This document shows, piece by piece, positions 27,729 to 36,974 of a DNA stretch of 43,142 bases. This DNA is from Candidatus Thorarchaeota archaeon (lineage in GTDB: Archaea > Asgardarchaeota > Thorarchaeia > Thorarchaeales > Thorarchaeaceae). The notes under the pieces are model-generated. The model was not told the DNA's origin and searched no databases. It saw only the letters and a list, made by a program, of their open reading frames with translations. Location of the stretch: contig JAEORO010000024.1 in the NCBI GenBank assembly GCA_016840855.1, forward strand, positions 1-43,142. Reading direction: 5' to 3'. Position numbers and translations under genes: made by a program. How positions within the stretch are numbered: the first letter of the stretch is position 1; each line of letters starts with the position of its first letter.

Positions 27729-29897
27729 ATGATGAGAAAAACGAGTAGATTGTTCGCGCTCCTCTTTATCTTGATGATGTTCGCAGGATTAGCACAGCCT
27801 CAGATGCAATCCCCCTTTACCACACAAAAGGACCTAAACCTGATCACACCAATTGAAACCCTCAGAGTTTCAGGTTATGATTCTCCCAACATCACAGTGA
27901 CTTTGACAAGTCCGGCAAACGGGAGCTCAGTGGCAGACATCTTCGACATAAATATCGACATCACATCTGATTTTGGGACTCTAAATCTAACGCTCTTTAT
28001 CGAAGGTTCGATTTACAGTGCATACAATGAAACATCTATTGGAACGGGTGCTCAAGCAATCAATGTTAATTCCAACACTCTACCGGAGGGAATGTTGAAT
28101 TTCACTCTCTTCTTTGAGTATTTGACTGAAAAAGAAACATACTATCTTCTGTACTTTGTGGACAACGATGGCGTAAACTTTGAGTTAGCATTGTACTCTC
28201 CTACAAATGGAAGCACCTTGAGTGGTATCGTAAGCATCAATCTAAATGTGACTCATGATTATGGATTCCTCAACTTGACAGTTCTCGTAGATGGAGTAGC
28301 TCAAGCGCCATACACACCAGCGTTGATTGGTTCAGGAAACATTAGTGTTATTCTTGACACCAGCGGTTTCTGGGAAGGTTATAACAACTTCACATTGGTT
28401 TTCGAGTATAATATTTTAGCAACAAGTGAGTACCAAGAGTTGTTCTTGGAATATCTGATAGACAATGATGGCGAACCAATCACGATTAGTCATCAGTCTC
28501 CAGCCTACGGTTCCCAAGTGTCTGGTGTATTCAATCTCACGCTCCTCATTGGTTCAGAATATGAGCCATTGAACTTAACACTCTACATTGAAGGAATGAT
28601 ACAACCTGACTTCAATAAAACATCAATTGGAATTAGAGAGCAGGTAATCCAAGTGAACACAACTGGTTTACCTGAAGGTTTGCTTAATTTTACTTTAGTC
28701 TTTGAATACAATGTAACCGGTGAGAATGCCATTGCAACCTACTTTGTTGAGTTTGTTGTGAATAACCATGGTGTTCCTAGTGTTGTAATGATATCACCTG
28801 TAGAGCTAGCAACCATAAGTGGTGTAACTGATCTTTGGTTAAACATAACCTCCACATATAATGAAGTGTACCTTAATATTACAGTTGATGGAAGAATAGT
28901 CCCAGAATGGAATGTCACAATAGTTACAACAGGTGCAGGGAATTACTCACTAAACTCAAGTCGATATGAAAATGGCAATCATTTAGTGGTCGTTGTAGTT
29001 TTCACAGAAGAAGGACTATCAGCATCAATTAGTAGAGAGCTAATCTTCTTAGATCACATCCGGGTGATTGTGCTTGAGTATGCTAGTTATGATGAGATTT
29101 CAGGAGATGCAAATATACCTGTGAGAATTACATCTCCATATCCGAATGGCACTCTTTCATTATACATTAGTGGAATCTTAGTAGAGGAAGTGAACAACAT
29201 CACAGTCTATGTCGGATTGAATATCATTCGGTTCAATTCAACACGGTTCTCAGAGGGCGAACACAATTTCACGTTCAGAGCCTATGACCCCTATGGACAT
29301 AGATACACATACAGAATTCTACTTGTTATCAACAACTATGGACCACCTGCTCTATGGTTCTCAACTACTGCTGCTGTGATTATTGGGCGTGCAGCAATAG
29401 TAGTAAGAGTTGATACAAATTGGATTACATTGCAAGCCTCCGTTTATGTTGATGGCAATCTCTTGGGTGAGTATCAGAATCTCACAGTTGATATCAGTGA
29501 TGGAACATTTACATTTTACATCGACACTAGTAATTATACAAAAGCACAACATACTGTCAAATTGGTAATGATGACTCCAGAATACGAAAAAACTGAAATT
29601 CAAAGAGAATATGGATTTGCTTCTCTCAGAATAGAAGAGATGGCAAGCATGTTATTACTATTTGGACTAGCCATTGCAATTCCAATCTATCGCAAAAGGA
29701 AAGGGCATCCAATTAGACCTATCATCATACTTGACATAGTGTTCATTGGAGTGGTAGCACTTGCATTCTTGATATTAGGCATAAGTTCAATCCCGTTCAT
29801 CCTATGGCATGTGAACTTAGCAAGTATTTGGGCGATTGGTAGCTCACTAGTGTTCGCAAATTGGATGCTTCCATTTATCATGGCAGAAGAAACATGA
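27729..29897 (+). CDS. Secreted, membrane-anchored surface glycoprotein with six Ig-like repeats
   Basis: Signal peptide; about 100-aa repeats (SPxNGSxxSG...LNLTLxxxG...EGxxNFT...V/IDN); more than 20 NxS/T sequons; about three C-terminal TM helices. Confidence 0.85.
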   Translation: MMRKTSRLFALLFILMMFAGLAQPQMQSPFTTQKDLNLITPIETLRVSGYDSPNITVTLTSPANGSSVADIFDINIDITSDFGTLNLTLFIEGSIYSAYNETSIGTGAQAINVNSNTLPEGMLNFTLFFEYLTEKETYYLLYFVDNDGVNFELALYSPTNGSTLSGIVSINLNVTHDYGFLNLTVLVDGVAQAPYTPALIGSGNISVILDTSGFWEGYNNFTLVFEYNILATSEYQELFLEYLIDNDGEPITISHQSPAYGSQVSGVFNLTLLIGSEYEPLNLTLYIEGMIQPDFNKTSIGIREQVIQVNTTGLPEGLLNFTLVFEYNVTGENAIATYFVEFVVNNHGVPSVVMISPVELATISGVTDLWLNITSTYNEVYLNITVDGRIVPEWNVTIVTTGAGNYSLNSSRYENGNHLVVVVVFTEEGLSASISRELIFLDHIRVIVLEYASYDEISGDANIPVRITSPYPNGTLSLYISGILVEEVNNITVYVGLNIIRFNSTRFSEGEHNFTFRAYDPYGHRYTYRILLVINNYGPPALWFSTTAAVIIGRAAIVVRVDTNWITLQASVYVDGNLLGEYQNLTVDISDGTFTFYIDTSNYTKAQHTVKLVMMTPEYEKTEIQREYGFASLRIEEMASMLLLFGLAIAIPIYRKRKGHPIRPIIILDIVFIGVVALAFLILGISSIPFILWHVNLASIWAIGSSLVFANWMLPFIMAEET

Positions 29898-30761
29898 TTA
29901 CAGAAGCCTTGTGACTGGAATATCAGTTGACAGAGTAGACGACCACTTGGCAAAAGAAGTGAAAACCCCAAGTTGATCATTTGGAATTGTAGATTTCACT
30001 TTCTTTACACTCCATCGTGATGCATACCCTGCAGTCTTTGAAAGGATAATATCAGAATTAGACAAACCAATCTTAGTGACATCAGCTACAAACATTGCAG
30101 TTTTTGCATCAACCAATCCTACTGCACCAACTCCTACAAGTCGGTTGGCAGTATAGAACTCCAATAGTTTCCCTTCAAGAAACCCATCGATAACTTTAGC
30201 AGCGAGGTCGGCTAGTGAACCGGGGTACGCGATATGCGAGAAACGCATTGAAGGTGGGAGTTTGGTCAATTTCTTTTGTTGAACCATTTTAACTTTGGAA
30301 GTTTTGATTTGAGGAATTTTTGCTGGGGAAATACTAATGTCCGTGATATGACCTCTCGCGAAATACTTTACTTTCATCCAATAATTGTATGCAGCAGGAG
30401 GTGTAGTTGCAACAACTCTTACAACTTTCTTATTTCTTAGTACATCTTCAGCAGCTCTTGTCAGCATAGTTCCAATCTTTAACTTCTGATTTCTTACATC
30501 AACATCTAAATTCCGGATTATACCTACTCGACCAGAAATTGGATTCTTTTCTGCTCTGAAAACTATCTCACCAACAACTTTACCATTGTCTTCAGCTACA
30601 AGCCAACCCCACCTTTCAAATGATGCACCTTTATGCTCACTTTTGATCTGTTCAACAGTAGTATATCCCTCCTCTCTTATTCGATAAAACCAACGCGTCC
30701 CCTGGTAAACTTCCAGAAGATCCGCGCAATCTTTCATCTTACCCTGCCGAATCGTAACCAT
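29898..30761 (-). CDS. GNAT-family acetyltransferase with C-terminal extension
   Basis: LVAEDNGKVVGEI...IRNLDV..RNQKLKIGTMLTRAAE. Confidence 0.8.
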   Translation of the reverse strand: MVTIRQGKMKDCADLLEVYQGTRWFYRIREEGYTTVEQIKSEHKGASFERWGWLVAEDNGKVVGEIVFRAEKNPISGRVGIIRNLDVDVRNQKLKIGTMLTRAAEDVLRNKKVVRVVATTPPAAYNYWMKVKYFARGHITDISISPAKIPQIKTSKVKMVQQKKLTKLPPSMRFSHIAYPGSLADLAAKVIDGFLEGKLLEFYTANRLVGVGAVGLVDAKTAMFVADVTKIGLSNSDIILSKTAGYASRWSVKKVKSTIPNDQLGVFTSFAKWSSTLSTDIPVTRLL

Positions 30762-30840
30762 TTATGGACGCCTCTGACTTGTAGCAAAACTCAATTGTAT
30801 CATGCACAAAATAAAATGATGTAAGACAACTCCAGAGTGA

Positions 30841-31773
30841 CTAATGTCCCAATGCATCACTTATTCGAAGACTTCGCTCACAGAGTTCTTTAGCACTGGG
30901 TCCAAAGAGATAGATGATTGGTTCAACTCCAATTCCTCCAGGAATATGAATTGCAGGAAATGCTGTTCTTTGCTTTGGTATTTGATTAGTTTTCTTTAGA
31001 GAAATGATAATCTTAGAGGAGATAATTTCTGGTTCGTTCATATATACTACCTGAAATCCGAATTTTCCTGCTAACTTCACAACCTCGTTTCTTCCACTGA
31101 CACAAAGACATGCACGCACACGTGGCCATGTGTTTTTTGCATGGAGCAATAATTCAGCAGTATGCTGAGATGCTCCAAATTGCGGGCTTACTAACGCACG
31201 AGCATGTCCATCTACAATTGTGATTCTACCAGGCACTCCTACGACATCTCTGAATGTCTTTGCATTACTATTACACACAACGAAATTTGTACGGACTTGA
31301 GGCACGATGACCTGAAACGATTCCGATTCCTCAATTGCTCTTAATACCTCAAGAATATCGCCCATTACGACTGCTCGCTCAGCAAGATCATCATCTCTTC
31401 CTCCTAGAAGCTGCGTGCAGACTTGACAATTCGTAATTTTGAGTGATAGCACCTTGTCTTGATGGATTTCGCAGAGTGTTGAACCTAGACGTGAATGCAT
31501 ACATACAGAGCAAATCTCTCGAACAATCTTTTCTGTGGTTGACTCACCAGTCCTGATCATTTCAGTGATCTTCTTTGAGAGATGGTCGATTTCTTCTTCC
31601 AACTTCGTTTTTACTATTGGTTGACTCAGATACTTACTTACTGCAGCTTGTGTTAAATCCATTTTAGAAGCAATCTCTGTTTGTGAGAGTCCTTCGTCCC
31701 TAAGCAACTTCGCAACTGATGCACGGACATTGCGTAACAAGTCTCTTTGTACAATTTCACAGGGAGGTTTCAT
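30841..31773 (-). CDS. thiR: ThiR-type regulator (HTH plus ThiN-like thiamine-phosphate sensor domain)
   Basis: MKPPCE...LSQTEIA...TQAAVSKYL HTH; VPQVRTN, GVPGRI, FGASQH and GGIGVEP ThiN motifs; divergent from thiBPQ. Confidence 0.85.
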   Translation of the reverse strand: MKPPCEIVQRDLLRNVRASVAKLLRDEGLSQTEIASKMDLTQAAVSKYLSQPIVKTKLEEEIDHLSKKITEMIRTGESTTEKIVREICSVCMHSRLGSTLCEIHQDKVLSLKITNCQVCTQLLGGRDDDLAERAVVMGDILEVLRAIEESESFQVIVPQVRTNFVVCNSNAKTFRDVVGVPGRITIVDGHARALVSPQFGASQHTAELLLHAKNTWPRVRACLCVSGRNEVVKLAGKFGFQVVYMNEPEIISSKIIISLKKTNQIPKQRTAFPAIHIPGGIGVEPIIYLFGPSAKELCERSLRISDALGH

Positions 31774-31793
31774 GTCTGCTCACCCTTAAATTC

Positions 31794-31824
31794 TATAACA
31801 CTGTTATAAGAAGCGTTATAAGAA
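31794..31824. promoter_or_regulatory. Putative ThiR operator / divergent promoter
   Basis: Perfect palindrome TATAAC-ACT-GTTATA (31794-31808) plus direct repeat GTTATAAGAA at 31803 and 31815. Confidence 0.7.
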
Positions 31825-31848
31825 TGCTTGCTTTCACTCGACTTGGGG

Positions 31849-32979
31849 ATGAATGGCGTGAGTGAGTACCCAGAAAGAAGAGACCCGCGAAAGGTTATTG
31901 CTGGTATAGCAATCATAGTGATTCTAGTTATCTCAGTCTATGCTGTTGTCACATGGTGGAAACCGAGGTTTGTTGTCTATACCTATAGTAGCTTTCTTGA
32001 CTGGGGGGATGAAGGTGCAGAAGTTGTCTTAGAGCGTGCATTTGCACCCTTTGAAGAAAGATACGGAGTCGATGTGGAAATCATCCTCTTGGAAGTGGAT
32101 GCAAATGGCATCATATCGAAACTGGTAGCTGAATCTGCAAATCCTGTTGCTGATGTAGTAATTGGAATCGATAACATTCTAATATTACAAGAGGCTGCGA
32201 GGAGTGTCCTAGAACCATATACCTCTCCAAGCCTTAGCCTTATCAATGAAACTTTTGTGAATTTGTTAGATTCTGAACATTATCTAACACCGTTTGATTT
32301 TGGATTGGTCACGCTGATATATTCCACAAATACAATTAACACAACAACTCATCCACAACTAGGAAATCTTACATTCGCAGATCTTGCTGAAACAGAATTG
32401 GCTGCTGCTCTAGTTACTGAGAATCCAAATTATAGTAGCCCCGGACTCTCATTCTTACTATCTCAGATTGCAGTTTATGAAAAGATTCTTCATCAAGATT
32501 GGACAACGTGGTGGGAAGATGTCAAGGACTACATAGATGTTCAAGAAGGCTGGACTGAGGCATGGTCTGTATGGTCTAGTGATCCTAACAAACACCTTCT
32601 TGTCAGTTATGGGACTGATCCAGCATATTCAGCAAGCTATCTGGAGACTGCTCCAGACACGGCAGTTGCACCGTTCTTTTATAACGACCAATATTGGGCA
32701 TGGATGCAAGTAGAAGGGGTAGGCTTAGTAAAGAATGGTCCAAATCCAGAACTTGGGAAGGCATTCATAGATTATTGTCTTAATGCAACTGTACAAACAG
32801 AGATTCCACTTAACCAGTGGATGTTTCCTGTTAGAACAGATCTCACATTACCAAATGTCTACCAATATGCAATACATCCGGATCAAGTTAGTGTCCTAAA
32901 TCAACTTCTAAATAGCACAGAGATTTCATCTAATTTATCAAATTGGTTAAGCTTGTGGACTGCAACTAGAGCACCCTAG
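31849..32979 (+). CDS. thiB: Thiamine ABC transporter substrate-binding protein (start uncertain, 31828-31858)
   Basis: VYTYSSF, ADVVIGIDN, PFDFG, SSPGLSFL, VSYGTDPAY, QVEG and IPLNQWMFPV; N-terminal TM anchor. Confidence 0.9.
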   Translation: MNGVSEYPERRDPRKVIAGIAIIVILVISVYAVVTWWKPRFVVYTYSSFLDWGDEGAEVVLERAFAPFEERYGVDVEIILLEVDANGIISKLVAESANPVADVVIGIDNILILQEAARSVLEPYTSPSLSLINETFVNLLDSEHYLTPFDFGLVTLIYSTNTINTTTHPQLGNLTFADLAETELAAALVTENPNYSSPGLSFLLSQIAVYEKILHQDWTTWWEDVKDYIDVQEGWTEAWSVWSSDPNKHLLVSYGTDPAYSASYLETAPDTAVAPFFYNDQYWAWMQVEGVGLVKNGPNPELGKAFIDYCLNATVQTEIPLNQWMFPVRTDLTLPNVYQYAIHPDQVSVLNQLLNSTEISSNLSNWLSLWTATRAP

Positions 32980-32993
32980 AAGAGGGGTAAAGA

Positions 32994-34631
32994 TTGGAAA
33001 CAAGAGTTCTTCTCAGATATGCAATACTAGCGTTCCCATTACTGCTACTCCTCGTGTTCTTGATATTTCCTGTCAGCATAGTTATAGTACAAGGACTCTT
33101 CGCAGGAACTCCTTTTCAAGATGTACTGTCATCACCAGTAATTCAGTTCACCATTCAATTCACCGTGAGTCAATCAGTTGTTAGCACAATTATGGCAGTT
33201 CTAATTGGCTTACCCGGAGCATTCTTAATTGCTCGTTTGAGATTTAGAGGAAAGTCCTTAGTAAAAGCGATGATGATAGTTCCTTTTGTACTCCCACCGA
33301 TTGTTGTAGTCGTAGGATTTCTTCAGATGTTTGGGTCTTATGGAGTGATTGATTCTATTCTGATGTGGATTCGAGGATCATCGGTGTCGGTCTTCAATTT
33401 GGCTACAGGAGTTCCTGGAATCATACTAGCTCATACATTTTATAATGTACCATTAGTTCTTCTGATGGTTTCATCTTCTCTAGAAAGACTCAACCCTGAG
33501 ATAGAAGAGAGCGCAGAGATATTAGGAGCAAGCTCACTTCAAAGATTTCGACGAATCACTCTTCCACACATAATGCCTGCAGTCCTGGCTTCCGCGGTTT
33601 TGACTTTCATGTTCTGCTTCATGTCGTTCCCCATTATACTCGCGTTTGGCCAAGGAACCTATATGACGATTGAAGCTCAGATATGGAATGCATTCAGAAT
33701 GTTTGATTATGGAGAAGCAAGTTCTCTTACACTTATCCAGATTTTCATTACTATAAGTCTGGCATATATCTATGTCAAATTTGGAAGGAAAGATAGCGAT
33801 GTTGGTCCGACTGCATCAATAAAGACAACACCATTCAATCGATATCGAATACATGAAAGAGCCTTAATTGTAGGATATCTAGTCATAATTGCTGTCTTAG
33901 TCTTAGGACCAATTGTTACAATATTGCGAGCGTCTATTTTCGATCCGATTGGTCAAACATACACATTGGAAGGATTTGTGAATCTCTTCACTTTGGGAAG
34001 CCAAGGAGGATTCAGATATTTCGTAAACTCACTCTTCTATGCAGGCTTAGCCACAGTTTTTGCCATTATTCTAGGTATTCCATTAGCTTTAGCATTACGG
34101 AGTAGTGGAAAAGCTGTTCCTACAATTGCATCAACGATGATACTTCTCCCTCTTGGTATATCGTCAATCACAGTTGCTTATGGTCTTGTACTCGTCATTG
34201 CAGTTCCAACTGGTCTTGTTACTAATCCTTGGCCAATTATTGTAGTAGCCCAGACTATTATTGGACTGCCTTTTAGTGCAAGAGCTATTGAAATTTCTAT
34301 GAGCAAAATTGATCAGACACTCTTAGAACAAGCAGACTCACTAGGTGCAACGAGACTACAACGCTTGTTGTTTTTGGAGCTGCCACTTCTAGCTCCAGGT
34401 ATCCTTGTAGGAGGTGTTTTCGCTTTTGCCATGGCAATAGGAGAGATGTCTGCTACACTCTTTATTGCCCTACCACAGAACTACACACTCGCAGTGGCAA
34501 TCTATGATTATCTCGCAGTAAGAGCATTTGTTGATGCTGGTGCGGCAGCTCTTGTTCTTGTGATCATTTGCGTTGTTGCGTTTCTTGCAATGGAACGAAT
34601 CTCAGAAGGCAGCACTGGAGGTGCTCTATAA
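32994..34631 (+). CDS. thiP: Thiamine ABC transporter permease (two-domain)
   Basis: PFVLPP, LAHTFYNVP; two EAA-type motifs (EESAEILGA and EQADSLGA). Confidence 0.88.
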   Translation: METRVLLRYAILAFPLLLLLVFLIFPVSIVIVQGLFAGTPFQDVLSSPVIQFTIQFTVSQSVVSTIMAVLIGLPGAFLIARLRFRGKSLVKAMMIVPFVLPPIVVVVGFLQMFGSYGVIDSILMWIRGSSVSVFNLATGVPGIILAHTFYNVPLVLLMVSSSLERLNPEIEESAEILGASSLQRFRRITLPHIMPAVLASAVLTFMFCFMSFPIILAFGQGTYMTIEAQIWNAFRMFDYGEASSLTLIQIFITISLAYIYVKFGRKDSDVGPTASIKTTPFNRYRIHERALIVGYLVIIAVLVLGPIVTILRASIFDPIGQTYTLEGFVNLFTLGSQGGFRYFVNSLFYAGLATVFAIILGIPLALALRSSGKAVPTIASTMILLPLGISSITVAYGLVLVIAVPTGLVTNPWPIIVVAQTIIGLPFSARAIEISMSKIDQTLLEQADSLGATRLQRLLFLELPLLAPGILVGGVFAFAMAIGEMSATLFIALPQNYTLAVAIYDYLAVRAFVDAGAAALVLVIICVVAFLAMERISEGSTGGAL

Positions 34632-35692
34632 TGGTAAAGGTTGAGCTCAAAGGATTGGTAAGAGAATTTGATGATGACTCTAAAATTGGACCAATAGACC
34701 TTCAAGTTAAAGATGGGGAGTTAATGACTCTCCTTGGTCCAAGTGGTTCTGGGAAAACAACAACACTTAGGATGGTCGCAGGTTTCATAGAGAATGTTGG
34801 AGGAGGCTTGCTCTTTGATGAGAAAGACATGGTAAATGTTCCACCTAATCAACGCAATATTGGAATGGTATTCCAATCGGTTGCATTATTCCCTAACATG
34901 ACCGTGTTTGAGAACATCTCATTTGGTCCAGACATGGCGGGATGGTCTAGAGAAAAGACCATTGAAAGGGTCGAAGAGCTAGCAGACCTTCTAGGTATTC
35001 GGAGATTGTTACTAAGGAAGATATCTGAGGTCAGTGGTGGTGAAGCTCAACGAGTTGCCCTTGCTAGAGCACTCGCGACGAGCCCTAAACTTCTACTACT
35101 AGATGAGCCATTATCAGCACTAGACCAGCAGCTCAGAGAACGTCTACAATCAGAGATTAAGCAGATACAGCGAAAACTGAAGGTCACAACTATTTATGTC
35201 ACCCATAGTCAAGATGAAGCATTTGCCATTTCAGATAGGGTAGCAATCCTCAAAGATGGCATTGTTGTCCAAGTAGGAACTCCTGAGGAACTCTATGATT
35301 CGCCAGCAAATGAGTTCGTAGCAAGATTCCTTGGAAGTGGAAATATTTTCTCTGGCGAAATAACTGACATTTCTGATGGAATTCTCACTATATTAGTCAA
35401 CGATTCGAGTTTCAAAATCCCTGGTAAGGGAAAGATCAGTTCTTATGTATCTTTCAGCGTGAAGCCTGAAGATGTAATCATATCCGATTCTGCGCCATCA
35501 AACTGGACACAAGCAAACTTAGTTTCAATAACACCTCAAGTAGGTTCATTCAAAGTATCTATCGACCTCGATGGAGTTCCCATAATCGCACTTACGTATG
35601 ACGAGGATTTGGTCAAGCGTCTAAGAGCCAATGGAAACAAGACTGTTGCTTTTTCATTCAAACCAGATTCAATTATCATCATCGGGAACTGA
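34631..35692 (+). CDS. thiQ: ABC transporter ATP-binding subunit with C-terminal TOBE region
   Basis: GPSGSGKT, VSGGEAQRVALARA, LLLDEP and VTH; TAATG coupling with the permease. Confidence 0.9.
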   Translation: MVKVELKGLVREFDDDSKIGPIDLQVKDGELMTLLGPSGSGKTTTLRMVAGFIENVGGGLLFDEKDMVNVPPNQRNIGMVFQSVALFPNMTVFENISFGPDMAGWSREKTIERVEELADLLGIRRLLLRKISEVSGGEAQRVALARALATSPKLLLLDEPLSALDQQLRERLQSEIKQIQRKLKVTTIYVTHSQDEAFAISDRVAILKDGIVVQVGTPEELYDSPANEFVARFLGSGNIFSGEITDISDGILTILVNDSSFKIPGKGKISSYVSFSVKPEDVIISDSAPSNWTQANLVSITPQVGSFKVSIDLDGVPIIALTYDEDLVKRLRANGNKTVAFSFKPDSIIIIGN

Positions 35693-36787
35693 ATCAGTGA
35701 AATCACCAGGAGGTGGAGGAACATGATCTCTTCCCGATTCAGGAGGTGGAGGAATATACTCTCGGATAGGTTCAGGAGGTGTATCAGGCTCAACCTCAAC
35801 CTCAACCTCATCTTTTTGCTCAGTTTCAGTTGGAGCTTGAGAATCTGAAGAAAGTGAGGGGCTGGAAGTCGTCGGAAGTAATTCACGGTCCACGAGATTG
35901 AGTATCTGACTGCGAATGTAGTTTGAAGAGTTTATCATGTCTGGAACATCGTATACGGTTGTCAAATAATGCATCATAGAGAGAATAGCTCTCTCCTTGA
36001 AGACCATGAAGACGAGAGTGAAATTAAGAACTATTGAAAACAATGGTCCAAGTGGTATAATCATTATAAAGATGGGAAGCCATGGAGCATCTCCACTAAC
36101 ATTCAGAGTGAGCTCAAGCCACACAAGAATGATGTCTACTCCTGCAAAGAACTCAAGAATATCCTCAACATCATCTCCAACATTGCTAAGAGACCTATCC
36201 CTTAAGTCAAGATGGAACAATCCAGAGTCCTTCATTAACCATGGGCCAAAGTAAAGTAAGATTATTGTAAATGGAAGGATGACGACACTGGCAATCATTA
36301 AGACAACGCCAACAAAGATAATGTCACCTGTGTTCAATTGACCCATCAACTCGAGCCCTAGTAGTGTGAGCGCAATTCCTACGATAAGGACAGAACCATA
36401 GAGTGACCTTCGAAACACTGTCCCCAAGTTCTCGTCTTCTGGTTCTGGAGACAGAAAATAATCACCAGCATGTCGCTTAGCAAATCTATGTATCCGAAGT
36501 GGTAGACTAACTGCTCGAGGCCATTTGGCGATAATAGCACACAATACTATTGCGAGTATTATTGAACCTACAGATGCCGCAAGCATGTACATAGTATATG
36601 GAACGAAACGTGAAGAATCAAAGCTATATACACCAAAAAAGTTCAGCAGAGAGAGTAGTCCCCATGTGGATCCGAGCATTATTAGTGTTGATGCCATAAA
36701 TCCAAGGATAATCTTACTCCAACTGAGACTCTCAACCTCATCGAATTGCTTCTTGAATGGACTTGTGTATTTGTTTGTTTTTTCCAT
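35669..36787 (-). CDS. Multi-pass membrane protein with Pro-rich/acidic C-terminal tail
   Basis: About 6 TM; tail EVEVEVEPDTPPEPIREYIPPPPESGRDHVPPPPGDFTDSVPDDDN. Start trimmed to MEKT. Confidence 0.85.
   Translation of the reverse strand: MEKTNKYTSPFKKQFDEVESLSWSKIILGFMASTLIMLGSTWGLLSLLNFFGVYSFDSSRFVPYTMYMLAASVGSIILAIVLCAIIAKWPRAVSLPLRIHRFAKRHAGDYFLSPEPEDENLGTVFRRSLYGSVLIVGIALTLLGLELMGQLNTGDIIFVGVVLMIASVVILPFTIILLYFGPWLMKDSGLFHLDLRDRSLSNVGDDVEDILEFFAGVDIILVWLELTLNVSGDAPWLPIFIMIIPLGPLFSIVLNFTLVFMVFKERAILSMMHYLTTVYDVPDMINSSNYIRSQILNLVDRELLPTTSSPSLSSDSQAPTETEQKDEVEVEVEPDTPPEPIREYIPPPPESGRDHVPPPPGDFTDSVPDDDN
35707..35810. repeat. 33-bp-period coding repeat (3 copies) plus (CTCAAC)n
   Basis: CAGGAGGTG at 35707, 35740 and 35773; CTCAAC x3 near 35789-35806. 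Confidence 0.75.
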
Positions 36788-36974
36788 AATCAGCAACCAA
36801 AACTTGTAGGTGCACCTGATACATAAGCCTTCTTCACGCCTACTAGAGGGAGATTTAGTCGCTATATCTAACACAATAACAATCATATACCACAAAAAGG
36901 CAATATCGAATACGCTGGCTAGATACCATTTATGCTCAGCATTAGATGTTTAATGAATAGCGTCGTGATTAACC

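Noticed and set aside
31774-31848. TPP riboswitch upstream of thiB
   Set aside because: The region is too short and lacks the CUGAGA core; a protein operator explains it.
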